From NCBI GenBank assembly GCA_049472355.1, contig JBLIRP010000009.1, forward strand, positions 1-61,454: DNA of 61,454 nt, written 5' to 3'. This document shows, piece by piece, positions 48,380 through 58,556 of the stretch (its first letter is position 1; each line of letters opens with the position of its first letter). The DNA comes from a bacterium. GTDB lineage: Bacteria; SZUA-182; DTGQ01; JAFGSM01. The notes below the pieces were generated by a model that did no database searches, had not been told where the DNA came from, and saw only the letters and a list, made by a program, of their open reading frames with translations. Made by a program: the position numbers and the translations under genes.

Positions 48380-48641
48380 CCAAGCTTGCCAGGCGAAGCG
48401 CAGCGAAGCACAAACCAAACTTGTGAGGCGGAGCGAAGCGAAGCTACTATGCTGCTCCTTCATGTCACATAACGGGCCCGGGACTTCACACTTCACCCTT
48501 TCCAGGCGGATCGAAGCTGCCAAGTTGCCCCTACAGGTCACCTTTGCACAAAGGGCTCCCTTCGGGATCAAGGGCGAAGCAAGCCTTTCGGAATATCAAA
48601 AGAAGGTGTATTATAGTAGCTCCGCTTCGCTTCGCTCTAAC
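48380..48641. repeat. REP/MITE-like element, copy A (core 48415-48641, extra terminal unit 48380-48410)
   Basis: Ends GCGAAGCGAAGCTACTAT ... ATAGTAGCTCCGCTTCGC are inverted relative to each other; both ends are homologous to the reverse complement of 53169-53425. Confidence 0.75.
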
Positions 48642-48667
48642 AACGTTTGGTTGCAGGGGGGTATACG

Positions 48668-49777
48668 ATGGAAGAACATGTGGTATGGGTCGATTTTGAC
48701 ACCGTGGAACGATTCATGGTGGATGTGTTCAAGGGGGTTGGGGTCCCTGAGGACGATGCCAGGATATGCGCCGATGTACTGATCACCGCCGATAAACGGG
48801 GAATCGATTCACACGGGGTAGGCCGCCTCAAGACCATTTACTATGACCGGATCAGGGCAGGGATTCAGTCGCCGGTCACCGATTTCGAGATTGTACGAGA
48901 AGGCCCGACAACCATGGTCGTCGACGGCCATAACGGCATGGGGCACCTTATTTCCAAGAAGGCCATGGATCTGGCCATACAGAAGGCCGGTACATACGGG
49001 ATGGGAATGGTTGCCGTGCGCAATTCCACCCACTACGGCATTGCGGGATACTATGTGCTCATGGCAGCCCGGGCCGGCATGATCGGCATCACCGGAAGCA
49101 ACGCCCGTCCCTCGGTCGCCCCCACCTTTGGTGTGGAGAATGTCCTGGGCACCAATCCCTTGACATTCGGGATGCCCACCGATGAGGAATTCCCCTTTGT
49201 GCTCGATTGCGCCACCTCCCTTGCCCAGCGGGGAAAAATAGAGTTGTACGGCCGGGCTGAGAAGGAGATCCCTCCGGGATGGGTCGTCGATCGGGAAGGG
49301 AAAACGAGGATCGACACCCATCAGATCCTCAAGGACCTGGTTGAAGGGAAGGCCGCCCTTGCCCCGCTCGGCGGCATTGGCGAGGAGACCGCCGGATACA
49401 AGGGATACGGGTATGCGACCGTCGTGGAGATGCTCTGTGCAGCCCTCCAGGGGGGGAGTTTCCTGCGGATGCTCTCGGGGGTGCGGGATGGAAAAAAGGT
49501 CCCCTGTCCCCTCGGGCATTTCTTCATTGCCATCAACATCGCCCACTTTACCGACGTAGCCTCCTTTGCCAAGACCGCCGGTGATATCCTTCGGGAAATC
49601 AGGGCGTCCAGGAAGATGCCCGGCCAGGAAAGGATCTATACGGCGGGTGAAAAGGAATTCCTGGCCTGGAAGGAGCGGAAGGATAAGGGGGTTCCCATCA
49701 ACAAGAATCTTCAACGGGAAATCCTGCAGATGCAACAGGACCTGGGTCTCACCGGGTACCATTTCCCCTTTCAGTGA
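48668..49777 (+). CDS. Type 2 malate/L-lactate dehydrogenase (Ldh_2) family oxidoreductase
   Basis: RGIDSHGV, RNSTHYG, GTNPL, LDCATS and YKGYG. Confidence 0.9.
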   Translation: MEEHVVWVDFDTVERFMVDVFKGVGVPEDDARICADVLITADKRGIDSHGVGRLKTIYYDRIRAGIQSPVTDFEIVREGPTTMVVDGHNGMGHLISKKAMDLAIQKAGTYGMGMVAVRNSTHYGIAGYYVLMAARAGMIGITGSNARPSVAPTFGVENVLGTNPLTFGMPTDEEFPFVLDCATSLAQRGKIELYGRAEKEIPPGWVVDREGKTRIDTHQILKDLVEGKAALAPLGGIGEETAGYKGYGYATVVEMLCAALQGGSFLRMLSGVRDGKKVPCPLGHFFIAINIAHFTDVASFAKTAGDILREIRASRKMPGQERIYTAGEKEFLAWKERKDKGVPINKNLQREILQMQQDLGLTGYHFPFQ

Positions 49778-51015
49778 GGCAGGCTGATCTTTACCTGGGC
49801 GATTTTCTGCCGTCTCATGGCATTGACGCTGATGCGATATCCCTTGTATTCCAGGGATTCCCCCGGCTTCGGGATGTGGCCGAGCTCTTCCATGATCAGG
49901 CCGGCGAGTGATTTGTTCTCCTCATCCCCGAGGTCGAGGTTGAGGTGCCGCCTCAGGTCCCTGAGGGTGATATTCCCGTTGACCTGGATCGCACCGTCCG
50001 GAAGGGTTTGAAAGGGAGGCCCGGAGATCACGTCAAATTCATCCCTGATCTCCCCCACGATCTCCTCCAGGAGATCCTCAAGGGTGACCATCCCCTCCAC
50101 CCCGCCGTATTCATCCACCACGATGGCCAAATGGATCCACCCCTTTTTGAATTCACCCAGGAGACGATGGATCTTCATCGACTCAGGCACAAAAAAGGGC
50201 CGCTTCATGATCGCGGCGAGCGAGAAACCCGTGCCGGTCTCCCAGATGAGGTCCTTGGAATGGATCACCCCCACAATGTTGTCTATAGTGTCCTGAAAGA
50301 CCGGAAAACGCGAAAAGCCCGTCTTCATTATCGTTTGTATCACCTCGTCCTTTGACGCACCTATATTCAAGCCCACCATGTCCGTACGGGGCACCATCAC
50401 ATCCCTTACCGTGGTATTGGTGAGTTCCAGGATGCTCTGGAGCATCTTCCGCTCGTTCTGCGCCAGGGCGCCCACCTGTTCACCGAGGGTGATCACGCTC
50501 TTGATTTCCTCACTGGTCACCAGGCGCCTCGATGCGGAGAGCCGCTTCTGCCCGAGGATGCCGAGCAGCAGATCGGAGATCCTCACCACCATCCACACGA
50601 TGGGCCTGAGCACATACATTGCCGTTTCGATGAGCCAGGCAACCTTGCCGGCGATCTGCTCCGCGTGGGAAGTCGCATACATCTTGGGGGTAATCTCGCA
50701 GAAGATGAGCAGAATAAAGGTCATCAGGATGGTCACATAGAGCAGTCCCTCCTGTCCGACAAGCATAATTCCCAGAAGAGAGGCAATGACGGAGGCGGCA
50801 ACGTTCACGAAATTGTTCCCTACCAGAATGGTCCCGAGCATGGCGTGCTGGTTGGCCAGTATCCGGTTCACCTTTTTCGCCCTTTTATCCCCCTTGTGAA
50901 CAAGGTGAAAGAGCCGCAGGCGATTGATGGACATAAGGGCAGTCTCCGAACAGGAGAAGAATGCGGAAAATAATAACAGGATGAAAAGAAGGCATACCAG
51001 TAGATAGGTATTCAT
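49771..51015 (-). CDS. CNNM/CBS/CorC (HlyC/CorB-like) membrane protein
   Basis: FSAFFSCSETAL, ILVGNNFVN, EITPK, FSRFPV and VVDEYGGVEGMVTLEDLLEEIVGEI. Confidence 0.92.
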   Translation of the reverse strand: MNTYLLVCLLFILLLFSAFFSCSETALMSINRLRLFHLVHKGDKRAKKVNRILANQHAMLGTILVGNNFVNVAASVIASLLGIMLVGQEGLLYVTILMTFILLIFCEITPKMYATSHAEQIAGKVAWLIETAMYVLRPIVWMVVRISDLLLGILGQKRLSASRRLVTSEEIKSVITLGEQVGALAQNERKMLQSILELTNTTVRDVMVPRTDMVGLNIGASKDEVIQTIMKTGFSRFPVFQDTIDNIVGVIHSKDLIWETGTGFSLAAIMKRPFFVPESMKIHRLLGEFKKGWIHLAIVVDEYGGVEGMVTLEDLLEEIVGEIRDEFDVISGPPFQTLPDGAIQVNGNITLRDLRRHLNLDLGDEENKSLAGLIMEELGHIPKPGESLEYKGYRISVNAMRRQKIAQVKISLPH

Positions 51016-51086
51016 ACGGGCTGTTCAATCATAAGGGGTAGTCGATCCGGCGTTTTGTATCCATGATTCCCTCTCGGTATCCCTGC

Positions 51087-51114
51087 ATTATACACCCTTT
51101 TTCCCCTTCGTCAA
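51087..51114 (-). promoter_or_regulatory. Sigma70-type promoter for the CorB-like gene
   Basis: Minus strand TTGACG, 16-nt spacer, TATAAT. Confidence 0.55.
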
Positions 51115-51262
51115 AAAAATTGCCTTGCAGGAATGATGTGGTTGAATCATACCCTCCGGCGACTGCCCATGGCCGATGAGGTGCAGGGATTTGTTGTCAT
51201 GGAGGGAAGGGGGTATAATAACGTAGGACAAAGATGTTCATGCACCCTAATGAGATGGAATC

Positions 51263-51757
51263 ATGGAGATCGTTATCCATACAGGGATTGAGGGTATCCT
51301 CTCGGTGCAGCTCCCCTTCATGGACGAGGGCCCGTGCGGGGATGACACCATCGATGGTGTGGTGTCCCGGCTGGAGATCACCGTATCGGGTCCGCATCCA
51401 TCCGGGGGTATCCTTGCCCGCGCATTGATGCGCTATTTTGATGGCATCCAGGAGGACCTCTGCGGGTATCCCCTGGTGTGGGGAACCCGAACCGATTTCG
51501 AACGATGGGTCCTCGAACTTGCAGGGCGCATACCATACGGCGAGACCATGAGCTATGGCGAGCTTGCACGGTGCGCGGGATCTCCGGGTGCAGCGAGGGC
51601 GGTCGGACAGGTGCTGAAGGGAAATCCCTGGCCCATTGTGATACCCTGCCACCGGGTGATCGGTGCACACGGGCAACTCAACGGGTTTTCTTCCGGCATC
51701 GGCTGGAAAAAAATGCTGCTTGTGTTGGAAACGAGGTCACTGGGGGAAAGGGGATGA
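51263..51757 (+). CDS. ogt: Methylated-DNA--protein-cysteine methyltransferase
   Basis: IPYGETMSYGELA, ARAVG and NP..IVIPCHRV. Confidence 0.9.
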   Translation: MEIVIHTGIEGILSVQLPFMDEGPCGDDTIDGVVSRLEITVSGPHPSGGILARALMRYFDGIQEDLCGYPLVWGTRTDFERWVLELAGRIPYGETMSYGELARCAGSPGAARAVGQVLKGNPWPIVIPCHRVIGAHGQLNGFSSGIGWKKMLLVLETRSLGERG

Positions 51758-52221
51758 GGGTTGTGCTGCAGCGGGTGAGGGAGGCCTCGGTCGAGGTGGA
51801 TGGCGCGGTGATCGGACATATCGGGACCGGCCTGGTGGTGCTCCTGGGAATTGCCAAGGGCGACTCCGCAGACGAGGCGGCCTTTCTGGTGGATAAGATC
51901 TGCAACCTCAGGGTCTTTGAGGATGAACGGGGCAGGTTCGATCGCTCCCTCATCGATATTCGCGGTGCGCTGCTTATCGTGTCACAATTTACCCTTCTCG
52001 GCGATTGCCGCAAGGGGAGAAGACCGGGATTCGATGCGGCGGCCGCGCCGGATGCGGCGGAGGGACTCTACGATCACTTCGTGGCCTTGGCGCGGACAAC
52101 GGGGCTCGTCGTGGAAACCGGGCGTTTTCAGGCCCATATGATGGTGAATATCCTCAATGAGGGACCGGTCACCCTTATCCTGGATCGACCGCCCAAGGGC
52201 ATGGGGCATGCCGACGGGTGA
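51754..52221 (+). CDS. dtd: D-aminoacyl-tRNA deacylase
   Basis: MRVVLQRV, VSQFTL, KGRRP and NEGPVT; start ATG 51754 overlaps the ogt stop. Confidence 0.95.
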   Translation: MRVVLQRVREASVEVDGAVIGHIGTGLVVLLGIAKGDSADEAAFLVDKICNLRVFEDERGRFDRSLIDIRGALLIVSQFTLLGDCRKGRRPGFDAAAAPDAAEGLYDHFVALARTTGLVVETGRFQAHMMVNILNEGPVTLILDRPPKGMGHADG

Positions 52222-52383
52222 GCCGACGGCGTTCGGGATTACGATGACTGGTGCGATGAGGCAATTCGCGCCTTGAATCGTTTGTCGCTCCGTAAACATG
52301 CCTGCCCATGAGGGTGTACCGTCGCAATGAGAGTTGACCGAAGATATATCAGGTGGTTTCTCGAATGAAAGGGGTATCGAGTA

Positions 52384-53031
52384 ATGGCTGCTGAAGGGAT
52401 CGCGCGTGACGGCAATGCGCTCATCAAGACACTGGCATGCGGGCCATTAGGGGTGAATTGCTACATTGCGGGTAGCATCGAGGAGAGGAAGGTCGTTATC
52501 ATCGATCCCGGGGGCAATGCACCGGAGATTACTCAATTCATCGAGCAGGAGGGGCTCGTACCCACGCTTATCATTGCCACCCACGGACACCTGGACCATA
52601 TCATGGCCATACCGGAACTCTCCGAACGGTGGGGAGTGCCGGTTGCCTGCCATACGGATGAGATCCCCGTGTTTCTCGAACCGGACCCGCTGTTGAAGGG
52701 ATTTTTCGGTGGAGGCTACACGCCGTTTAAACCCGAAAAGGCCCTCAATGATGGGGACATGATTCGAATCGGGACCCATACCCTGGAGGTGATCCATACG
52801 CCCGGGCATACCCCGGGGAGCATCTGCCTCCTGTGTCCTCCCCTGCTTTTTTCCGGCGACACCCTTTTCAGACAAGGGGTGGGCCGCACCGATTTCTCCG
52901 GCGGCAGTTATAACGCCCTTGTTCATTCCATCCGGAATCGTCTGTGGACGCTGCCCGACGAATTGATCCTTCTTCCCGGGCATGGTGAACCCTCCGTGCT
53001 CGGCGAAGAGAAGGCCCATGGCTTCTTCTGA
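52384..53031 (+). CDS. MBL-fold metallohydrolase (glyoxalase II/YcbL-like)
   Basis: THGHLDH, TPGHTPG, SGDTLF and PGHG. Confidence 0.9.
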   Translation: MAAEGIARDGNALIKTLACGPLGVNCYIAGSIEERKVVIIDPGGNAPEITQFIEQEGLVPTLIIATHGHLDHIMAIPELSERWGVPVACHTDEIPVFLEPDPLLKGFFGGGYTPFKPEKALNDGDMIRIGTHTLEVIHTPGHTPGSICLLCPPLLFSGDTLFRQGVGRTDFSGGSYNALVHSIRNRLWTLPDELILLPGHGEPSVLGEEKAHGFF

Positions 53032-53168
53032 TCCCCCCGTCTGCGATGCAGTATATTGGGCCGTTCAATACTTCGGGGCTGATGGGGAAGGGGGGTGCGC
53101 CTGTGTGCCTGCGGACGAGCACTACAGCCTGTGGGCGAAGCTGACGGTTAGCACACCAACCGAACTCT

Positions 53169-53425
53169 GTTAGAGCGGAGCAAAGCGAAGCTACTATAAT
53201 ACAGCTTTTTCTGTAAAGCCCGAAGGCTTGCTTCGTTTTCGAGCCCGAAGGGCGAGTTGATGTGTGCCCGAAGCGAGCCATACAGATAAACGGGTAATTG
53301 GAAGGCGGGGAATTAGCGGCTGCTCTGTGCTTCGCGTGACAAGGGAGGATTGCGCAGTCGCGATCGTTTTGAATGACCGGAAAGGGCAACATAGTGCTTC
53401 GCTGCGCTCCGCCGGACAAGTTTGG
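53169..53425. repeat. REP/MITE-like element, copy B (opposite orientation to copy A)
   Basis: Reverse complement of 53169-53252 matches 48558-48641 ungapped (67/84 by hand count); reverse complement of about 53385-53425 matches 48415-48456. Confidence 0.75.
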
Positions 53426-53492
53426 ATTGCGCCCCCCCTCTCCGCTGGATATTGACCAATTCCGGGGGGCAGATCCCGGCAGAGGGAACTCC

Positions 53493-54380
53493 ATGGAAGG
53501 GCTTCTTGACACCTTTCTCACCTACCTGGTCACCGAAAGGGGCCTGGCCGAAAACACCATTGCCGCCTACGAGCATGACCTGCGGTGCTACCTTCACTAT
53601 ATGCGGCATGCGGGCATCCCTTGCATCGAGCAATCGTGTACGGAGCACGTCCTCGACCATCTCGGCCGCCTCAAGGAACAGGGACTCTCTCACCGCACCA
53701 GGGCGCGCCACCTCTCCTCCATTCGTCATTTCTATGCCTTTTTGACCAGAAGGGGGATTCTCAAAAAAAACCCCACCCGCCTCATGTCCATGCCGCGGTT
53801 ATGGAGGCGTATTCCGATGGTACTCACCTATGAACAGACAGAGGCCCTTTTGAACCAACCGGATGTGACGACCCCCCATGGCCTTCGGGACAAGGCCCTC
53901 CTCGAAATTTTGTACGCGACCGGTATGCGGATAACGGAGGCACTGCAGGTCTGTCTCGAGGATTTGAACCTTCAATCAGGCTTTTGCATCTGTACGGGAA
54001 AGGGGGGGAAACAGCGGGTGATCCCCCTCGGGCATGAGGCGCTTCATTGGTTGGAGGAGTATTTGGCACGGGGAAGGCCTCGACTGGCGCGGGCAAACAA
54101 GGGAGGGCACCTGATCCTATCGCAAGTGGGAGGGGCCATGACACGGCAGGGCGCCTGGAAGATCCTCAAGCAATACGCGCTCAGGGCGGGGCTTCCGCCG
54201 GAGGTAACCCCCCACACCCTGCGCCACTCCTTTGCAACCCATCTCCTTGAAAACGGCGCAAACCTGCGGGTTGTGCAGATACTTCTCGGCCATTCGGATA
54301 TCGCCACCACGCAGATTTATACCCACGTCACCATGGAGAGGATCAGGCAGGTGTATAACCGCCACCACCCCCGGGCATAA
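53493..54380 (+). CDS. xerD: Site-specific tyrosine recombinase XerD
   Basis: ERGLAENTIAAY, LYATGMRITE, GKGGKQR, TRQGAW, TPHTLRHSFATHLL and LLGHSDIATTQIYTHV. Confidence 0.92.
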   Translation: MEGLLDTFLTYLVTERGLAENTIAAYEHDLRCYLHYMRHAGIPCIEQSCTEHVLDHLGRLKEQGLSHRTRARHLSSIRHFYAFLTRRGILKKNPTRLMSMPRLWRRIPMVLTYEQTEALLNQPDVTTPHGLRDKALLEILYATGMRITEALQVCLEDLNLQSGFCICTGKGGKQRVIPLGHEALHWLEEYLARGRPRLARANKGGHLILSQVGGAMTRQGAWKILKQYALRAGLPPEVTPHTLRHSFATHLLENGANLRVVQILLGHSDIATTQIYTHVTMERIRQVYNRHHPRA

Positions 54381-54392
54381 TACCTCGCGCAC

Positions 54393-56351
54393 CTACTTGA
54401 TAATGAAGGTCTCCTGCGGGGTCACCGGAAGCTCCACAAAGAATTCGGTCCAGTTTTCGGGTTCGCTTTCCACCCAAATCTTTCCTCCATGGCTGGTGAC
54501 AATCCTGAAACAGATACTCAGGCCGAGGCCTGTTCCCTCGCCGATCTCCTTTGTGGTGAAGAAGGGGTCGAATATCTTGGGGAGCATTTCCTCGGGTATC
54601 CCGGGGCCGTTGTCCCGAATGGAGACCCTTACCCGTCCGTCGGCGCCGGAGGTGGTGATCCTGATCTCCCCCTTGTGTCCCAACGCCTGGGAGGCATTGA
54701 GGAGGATATTGGTGAATACCTGATCGATCTGCTGGGCATTGCAATACACCGGCGGCAGTTCAGCGTAATCCCTGACCACCGTAATCGCATGGTTGAACTT
54801 GATGAGCTTCAGGCAGGCATCCAGTCTCTGGTTCAGGTCGGTCATCTGGAGCTGCCCGACATCGATGTGGATGAAGTCCCTGAGATCCCTGACGATATGG
54901 GTGATCCTTTTTGCCGCCTCCTTGCTCTCCTCCATGAGACAATCGAGGTCTTCGAGGATGTAATCGATATCGGACTGTTCCTCATAGCCTCTGATCTCCT
55001 CGAACAGGGCCTGCCGTTTCTCTTTGGAGTCTTCTTGAGAGACGGCGTGGTATTTGACGAGCAGGTTTCGTATCACCTCCATGTATTCGGAGAGGGCGAT
55101 GATATTGCTATGGATGACGCCGGTGGGATTATTGATATCATGGGCGATCCCCGAGACCATTTGCCCCAGTGCCGCCATCTTGTCCGCCTGGATGAGCTGC
55201 TTCTGCAGATCCTTGAGCTCCGTCAAATCCTTGAATACCTCCACCGCTCCGATAACCCTTCCTGATTCATCCTTCAGGGGCGAGGCGCTCGCGTTGATGG
55301 GGATCCGTTTACCCTCCTTGTTTTTAACGTAAAAGTCATGGCTGAGGATACAGGCGTCTGCCTGGAGGGCCTTCTCCATGGGGCATTCGTTGGGACATGC
55401 CTCACTGTGGAACACCTCTTCGCATTTTTTCCCCAGTACCTCCTCCTCCTTGAATCCCGTGATGCGCTCGGCAGCCCTGTTAAAGGAGGTGATGCGCCAT
55501 TCCTTGTCGATGGTGAACAGGCCGCTTCCCATGCTGTCGATGATGGCCTTGATTTCATTGTTCTGGTTGAGGATTCGCTCCCGGTACTGACGGACAGTGC
55601 CGGCCATCTCCACAAAGAACCGGGCCAGGAGTCCGATCTCGGTTCTCGATGCGGTAGGAGGACCCACCTCGGAGCATCCCTCGCGAATCCTTTCGGATGC
55701 CTTGACCAGGGCGAGGATCGGCATTGTAATGGATTTCGAAAGGAAAAGGGATAGTACCATCCCGATCAGGGCGATGAATGCGATCAGGAAAAGGATCCCA
55801 TTCCTAAGGGTGGACATGTCCCGGTGCATCGTGCGGAAGGAGATAATGGTTGTGCTCATGCCCATCAGGCCATCGGCGGACACGATACCCATCGATGCCG
55901 TATACCCCTCCCTCCTGCCCTCTTCATTGAAGAAGGGGGTCAGGAACGGAGCGGACGAGATCGGCTGAAGATTGCCGATATCCGGTGTTGATCCATGGCG
56001 AAAACCGGCAGGGGCCTCTGCGACGACGCGACCATCCGCGTCCAGGACCGCGGCGTAGAGGATGTCCTCGTCGATGGCCAGGTCCTCGACATATCCCTGT
56101 ATGCGGTCGTATTCGCGGGTGGCGAGGTGGGGGATGGATTCCCTGTTCAACATGCGCGTCACGAATATCCCCTTAGATCGAATGAAGTGCTCGATCGTCT
56201 TCGCATGAAGTCGCAGGAAGAGGATATAACTACTCGCCGCGATGAAGAGAACCAGGCAGATGAGTGATATCGAAAGGATTCTCCGGATGGAAATGCGTAC
56301 CCCCGGCGCGCCTTCCCTGTACTCATCAAACGCTTCGTGTTGCGGGGTCAT
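54393..56351 (-). CDS. Membrane sensor histidine kinase (HAMP-PAS-HisKA-HATPase, NtrB-like)
   Basis: Two TMs, PAS (FNRAAERITG), GIAHDINNP, NASQA, DNGPGI and FFTTKEIGEGTGLGL. Confidence 0.92.
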   Translation of the reverse strand: MTPQHEAFDEYREGAPGVRISIRRILSISLICLVLFIAASSYILFLRLHAKTIEHFIRSKGIFVTRMLNRESIPHLATREYDRIQGYVEDLAIDEDILYAAVLDADGRVVAEAPAGFRHGSTPDIGNLQPISSAPFLTPFFNEEGRREGYTASMGIVSADGLMGMSTTIISFRTMHRDMSTLRNGILFLIAFIALIGMVLSLFLSKSITMPILALVKASERIREGCSEVGPPTASRTEIGLLARFFVEMAGTVRQYRERILNQNNEIKAIIDSMGSGLFTIDKEWRITSFNRAAERITGFKEEEVLGKKCEEVFHSEACPNECPMEKALQADACILSHDFYVKNKEGKRIPINASASPLKDESGRVIGAVEVFKDLTELKDLQKQLIQADKMAALGQMVSGIAHDINNPTGVIHSNIIALSEYMEVIRNLLVKYHAVSQEDSKEKRQALFEEIRGYEEQSDIDYILEDLDCLMEESKEAAKRITHIVRDLRDFIHIDVGQLQMTDLNQRLDACLKLIKFNHAITVVRDYAELPPVYCNAQQIDQVFTNILLNASQALGHKGEIRITTSGADGRVRVSIRDNGPGIPEEMLPKIFDPFFTTKEIGEGTGLGLSICFRIVTSHGGKIWVESEPENWTEFFVELPVTPQETFIIK

Positions 56352-56380
56352 CGAATCAAATCCCCTTATGAGACGGAGGG

Positions 56381-56794
56381 TTATTCATCTTTTTTTTCGG
56401 CTGGGTCTTCCGTGGCCTTATGGTCGTAATCCTTGAGCGCCTCTCGAATGATGTCCTTCAGTTCCTGGGGTTCCCATGGTTTGGTGATGAAACGACTGAT
56501 CCCTCCCTTTTTTACCTCATACATCAATTGATCAAGATCGATCTGGGAGGTGATGAGTAACCGGATGGTATGAGGCTGCCGTTCCCTGATCAGGTTCAGC
56601 AGGTCGATGCCCTGCATGTCCGGTAACCGGTAATCAGACAGCACGAGATGACACCCGAAGGCCTCCGCCTTGGCGAGGGCTTCGCTGCCGCAGTGAGCGG
56701 TCAGGATGCGGTACCCTTCCTTCCACAGAACCCTCTTCAAGGCGTTTGTTACTGAATTTTCGTTGTCCACGATTAAAATTGTATAGGATGTCAT
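56381..56794 (-). CDS. Single-domain response regulator
   Basis: ILIVDNE, VLSDYRLPDMQG (phospho-acceptor Asp) and FITKPW. Confidence 0.88.
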   Translation of the reverse strand: MTSYTILIVDNENSVTNALKRVLWKEGYRILTAHCGSEALAKAEAFGCHLVLSDYRLPDMQGIDLLNLIRERQPHTIRLLITSQIDLDQLMYEVKKGGISRFITKPWEPQELKDIIREALKDYDHKATEDPAEKKDE

Positions 56795-56823
56795 TGGGCG
56801 CCTCAACAGGAAAAGCCACCCAA

Positions 56824-56852
56824 ATTGTATAGTAAATTGGGCAGAAAGTCAA
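56824..56852 (-). promoter_or_regulatory. Sigma70-type promoter for the RR-HK operon
   Basis: Minus strand TTGACT, 17-nt spacer, TACAAT. Confidence 0.6.
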
Positions 56853-57410
56853 GAAAATCATATTGCTATGTCAAGCCAAAATAGAAATGGCCCATTTTTA
56901 CCAGAGTGGAAATGTCCATTGTGGTGGTGAAGACCTCGATTGCGAACGGCTACAGGTAACCAAACGATAAATAAAGAAAAATAAATACATACATATGATC
57001 AGCAGCCGCCGGGATTGCGGGCACCCTTATGTACGAAGCAATAGGGGGATGCCCTTTGTAAATTTTTTGCATATTGTGATATTGCCTTCCATGAGGTATC
57101 GTAATGTCGTATACTGCCTGTGTGCGAAAATGAGACCATGAATGCATCCGTCGCATGGGGCAAGGCCTTCCCGGGCTTTTCTGATCGGAAGGGGCGGGGA
57201 AAGGTCCCGTGGAGACATGCAGGCGGCGCGGGTTGAGTTGATAGCGCCGTTCTTTTTTGTCGATGAAACTGATATAATCGTTCCCTTTATTACGACAGGG
57301 GAATGGATGTGCGGCCGATTTGCCGATAAAGAGATAACATTTATTATCGTGCGGAGGGTCGTGCCCTCTTGCAGGGGCGCCGTTTATTTATTATTTTATG
57401 GGATGGAAGG

Positions 57411-58511
57411 ATGACTATGGACGCGAGGGATTCTTGGTTGGCTTTAAATCTCATACCCGGCATGAACATTTCCGTGGTGCGGAGGCTGTGTCAGGTTTTC
57501 GGTTCCGTTGATATGGTGCTGAAGGCCTCGGCTGAGCAACTCTCAAAGGTTGAAGGGGTGACCCCCGAGCTGGCAAAGAACATGTCCTCCTTTCATGCCG
57601 AAAAGGCACTCAAAAAGGAAAAGGGCCTCATGGCCCAACACAAGGTGGATTTCCTGACCATTGAAGATCCCGGCTATCCCGAATCCCTTAGCCAGATATT
57701 TGATCCTCCACTGGTCTTGTACATAAAGGGACGCATCATTCCTGACGACAAGATGAGCGTGGCGATCGTCGGCTCAAGGCGTCCGACCATCTATGGAAAG
57801 ACCGTGGCGGAGGATTTTGCGGAGCGACTGGCGTGCCGGGGGATAACCATCGTGAGCGGGCTCGCGCGCGGGATCGATACCAAGGCACACCGGGGGGCGT
57901 TGAAGGGAGGGGGAAGGACCATTGCCGTTCTGGGAAGCGGCATGGATCGGGTGTATCCCAGGGAGAACAAGCCACTGGTCGGGGCCGTCGTGGAAAACGG
58001 TGCGGTGGTCTCGGAGTTCCCTATGGGCACCGCCCCGCTTAAACAGAATTTCCCGATGCGAAACCGGATAATCAGTGGCTTGGCATTGGGGACCATGGTT
58101 GTGGAGGCAGGGGACGTGAGCGGCGCCCTCATCACCGCGCGGCTTGCCCTCGAACAGGGCAGGGATGTCTTTGCAGTGCCCGGCCCCGTCAATTCACCGC
58201 TGAGCAAGGGGACGAACGGCCTCATTAAGCAGGGGGCGAGACTGGCGGATGATGTCGAGGACATATTCGAGGAACTCGGTCCGCACCTCGGTCCGCTTAT
58301 GACGCGGGAGGCTCCTCCCGTCCGCAGGCGGTCTGTGCACAGCGATGGGGATGATCCGGTATTGTCGGTACTCACCGGCACTCCCCAGCATATCGATGCA
58401 CTCGTTGAAAAGACCGGGCTCACTGCGCGGCAGTTAGGATCGCGGTTGGTCCATCTTGAAATGAAGGGAATGGTTACCAAGCTTCCCGGCAACATGTATG
58501 TAAGGGGTTAG
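57411..58511 (+). CDS. dprA: DNA-processing protein DprA/Smf
   Basis: AIVGSR, VSGLARGID, FPMRNRIISGL, VVEA..SGALITA and C-terminal wHTH. Confidence 0.95.
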   Translation: MTMDARDSWLALNLIPGMNISVVRRLCQVFGSVDMVLKASAEQLSKVEGVTPELAKNMSSFHAEKALKKEKGLMAQHKVDFLTIEDPGYPESLSQIFDPPLVLYIKGRIIPDDKMSVAIVGSRRPTIYGKTVAEDFAERLACRGITIVSGLARGIDTKAHRGALKGGGRTIAVLGSGMDRVYPRENKPLVGAVVENGAVVSEFPMGTAPLKQNFPMRNRIISGLALGTMVVEAGDVSGALITARLALEQGRDVFAVPGPVNSPLSKGTNGLIKQGARLADDVEDIFEELGPHLGPLMTREAPPVRRRSVHSDGDDPVLSVLTGTPQHIDALVEKTGLTARQLGSRLVHLEMKGMVTKLPGNMYVRG

Positions 58512-58556
58512 CGGCGCACGCAGATTGTGTCGTCCCTGAAGGAAGTGAATGACATC

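Noticed and set aside
53493..54380. Phage or island integrase
   Set aside because: Motifs are those of housekeeping XerD, and no phage genes or att duplications are nearby.
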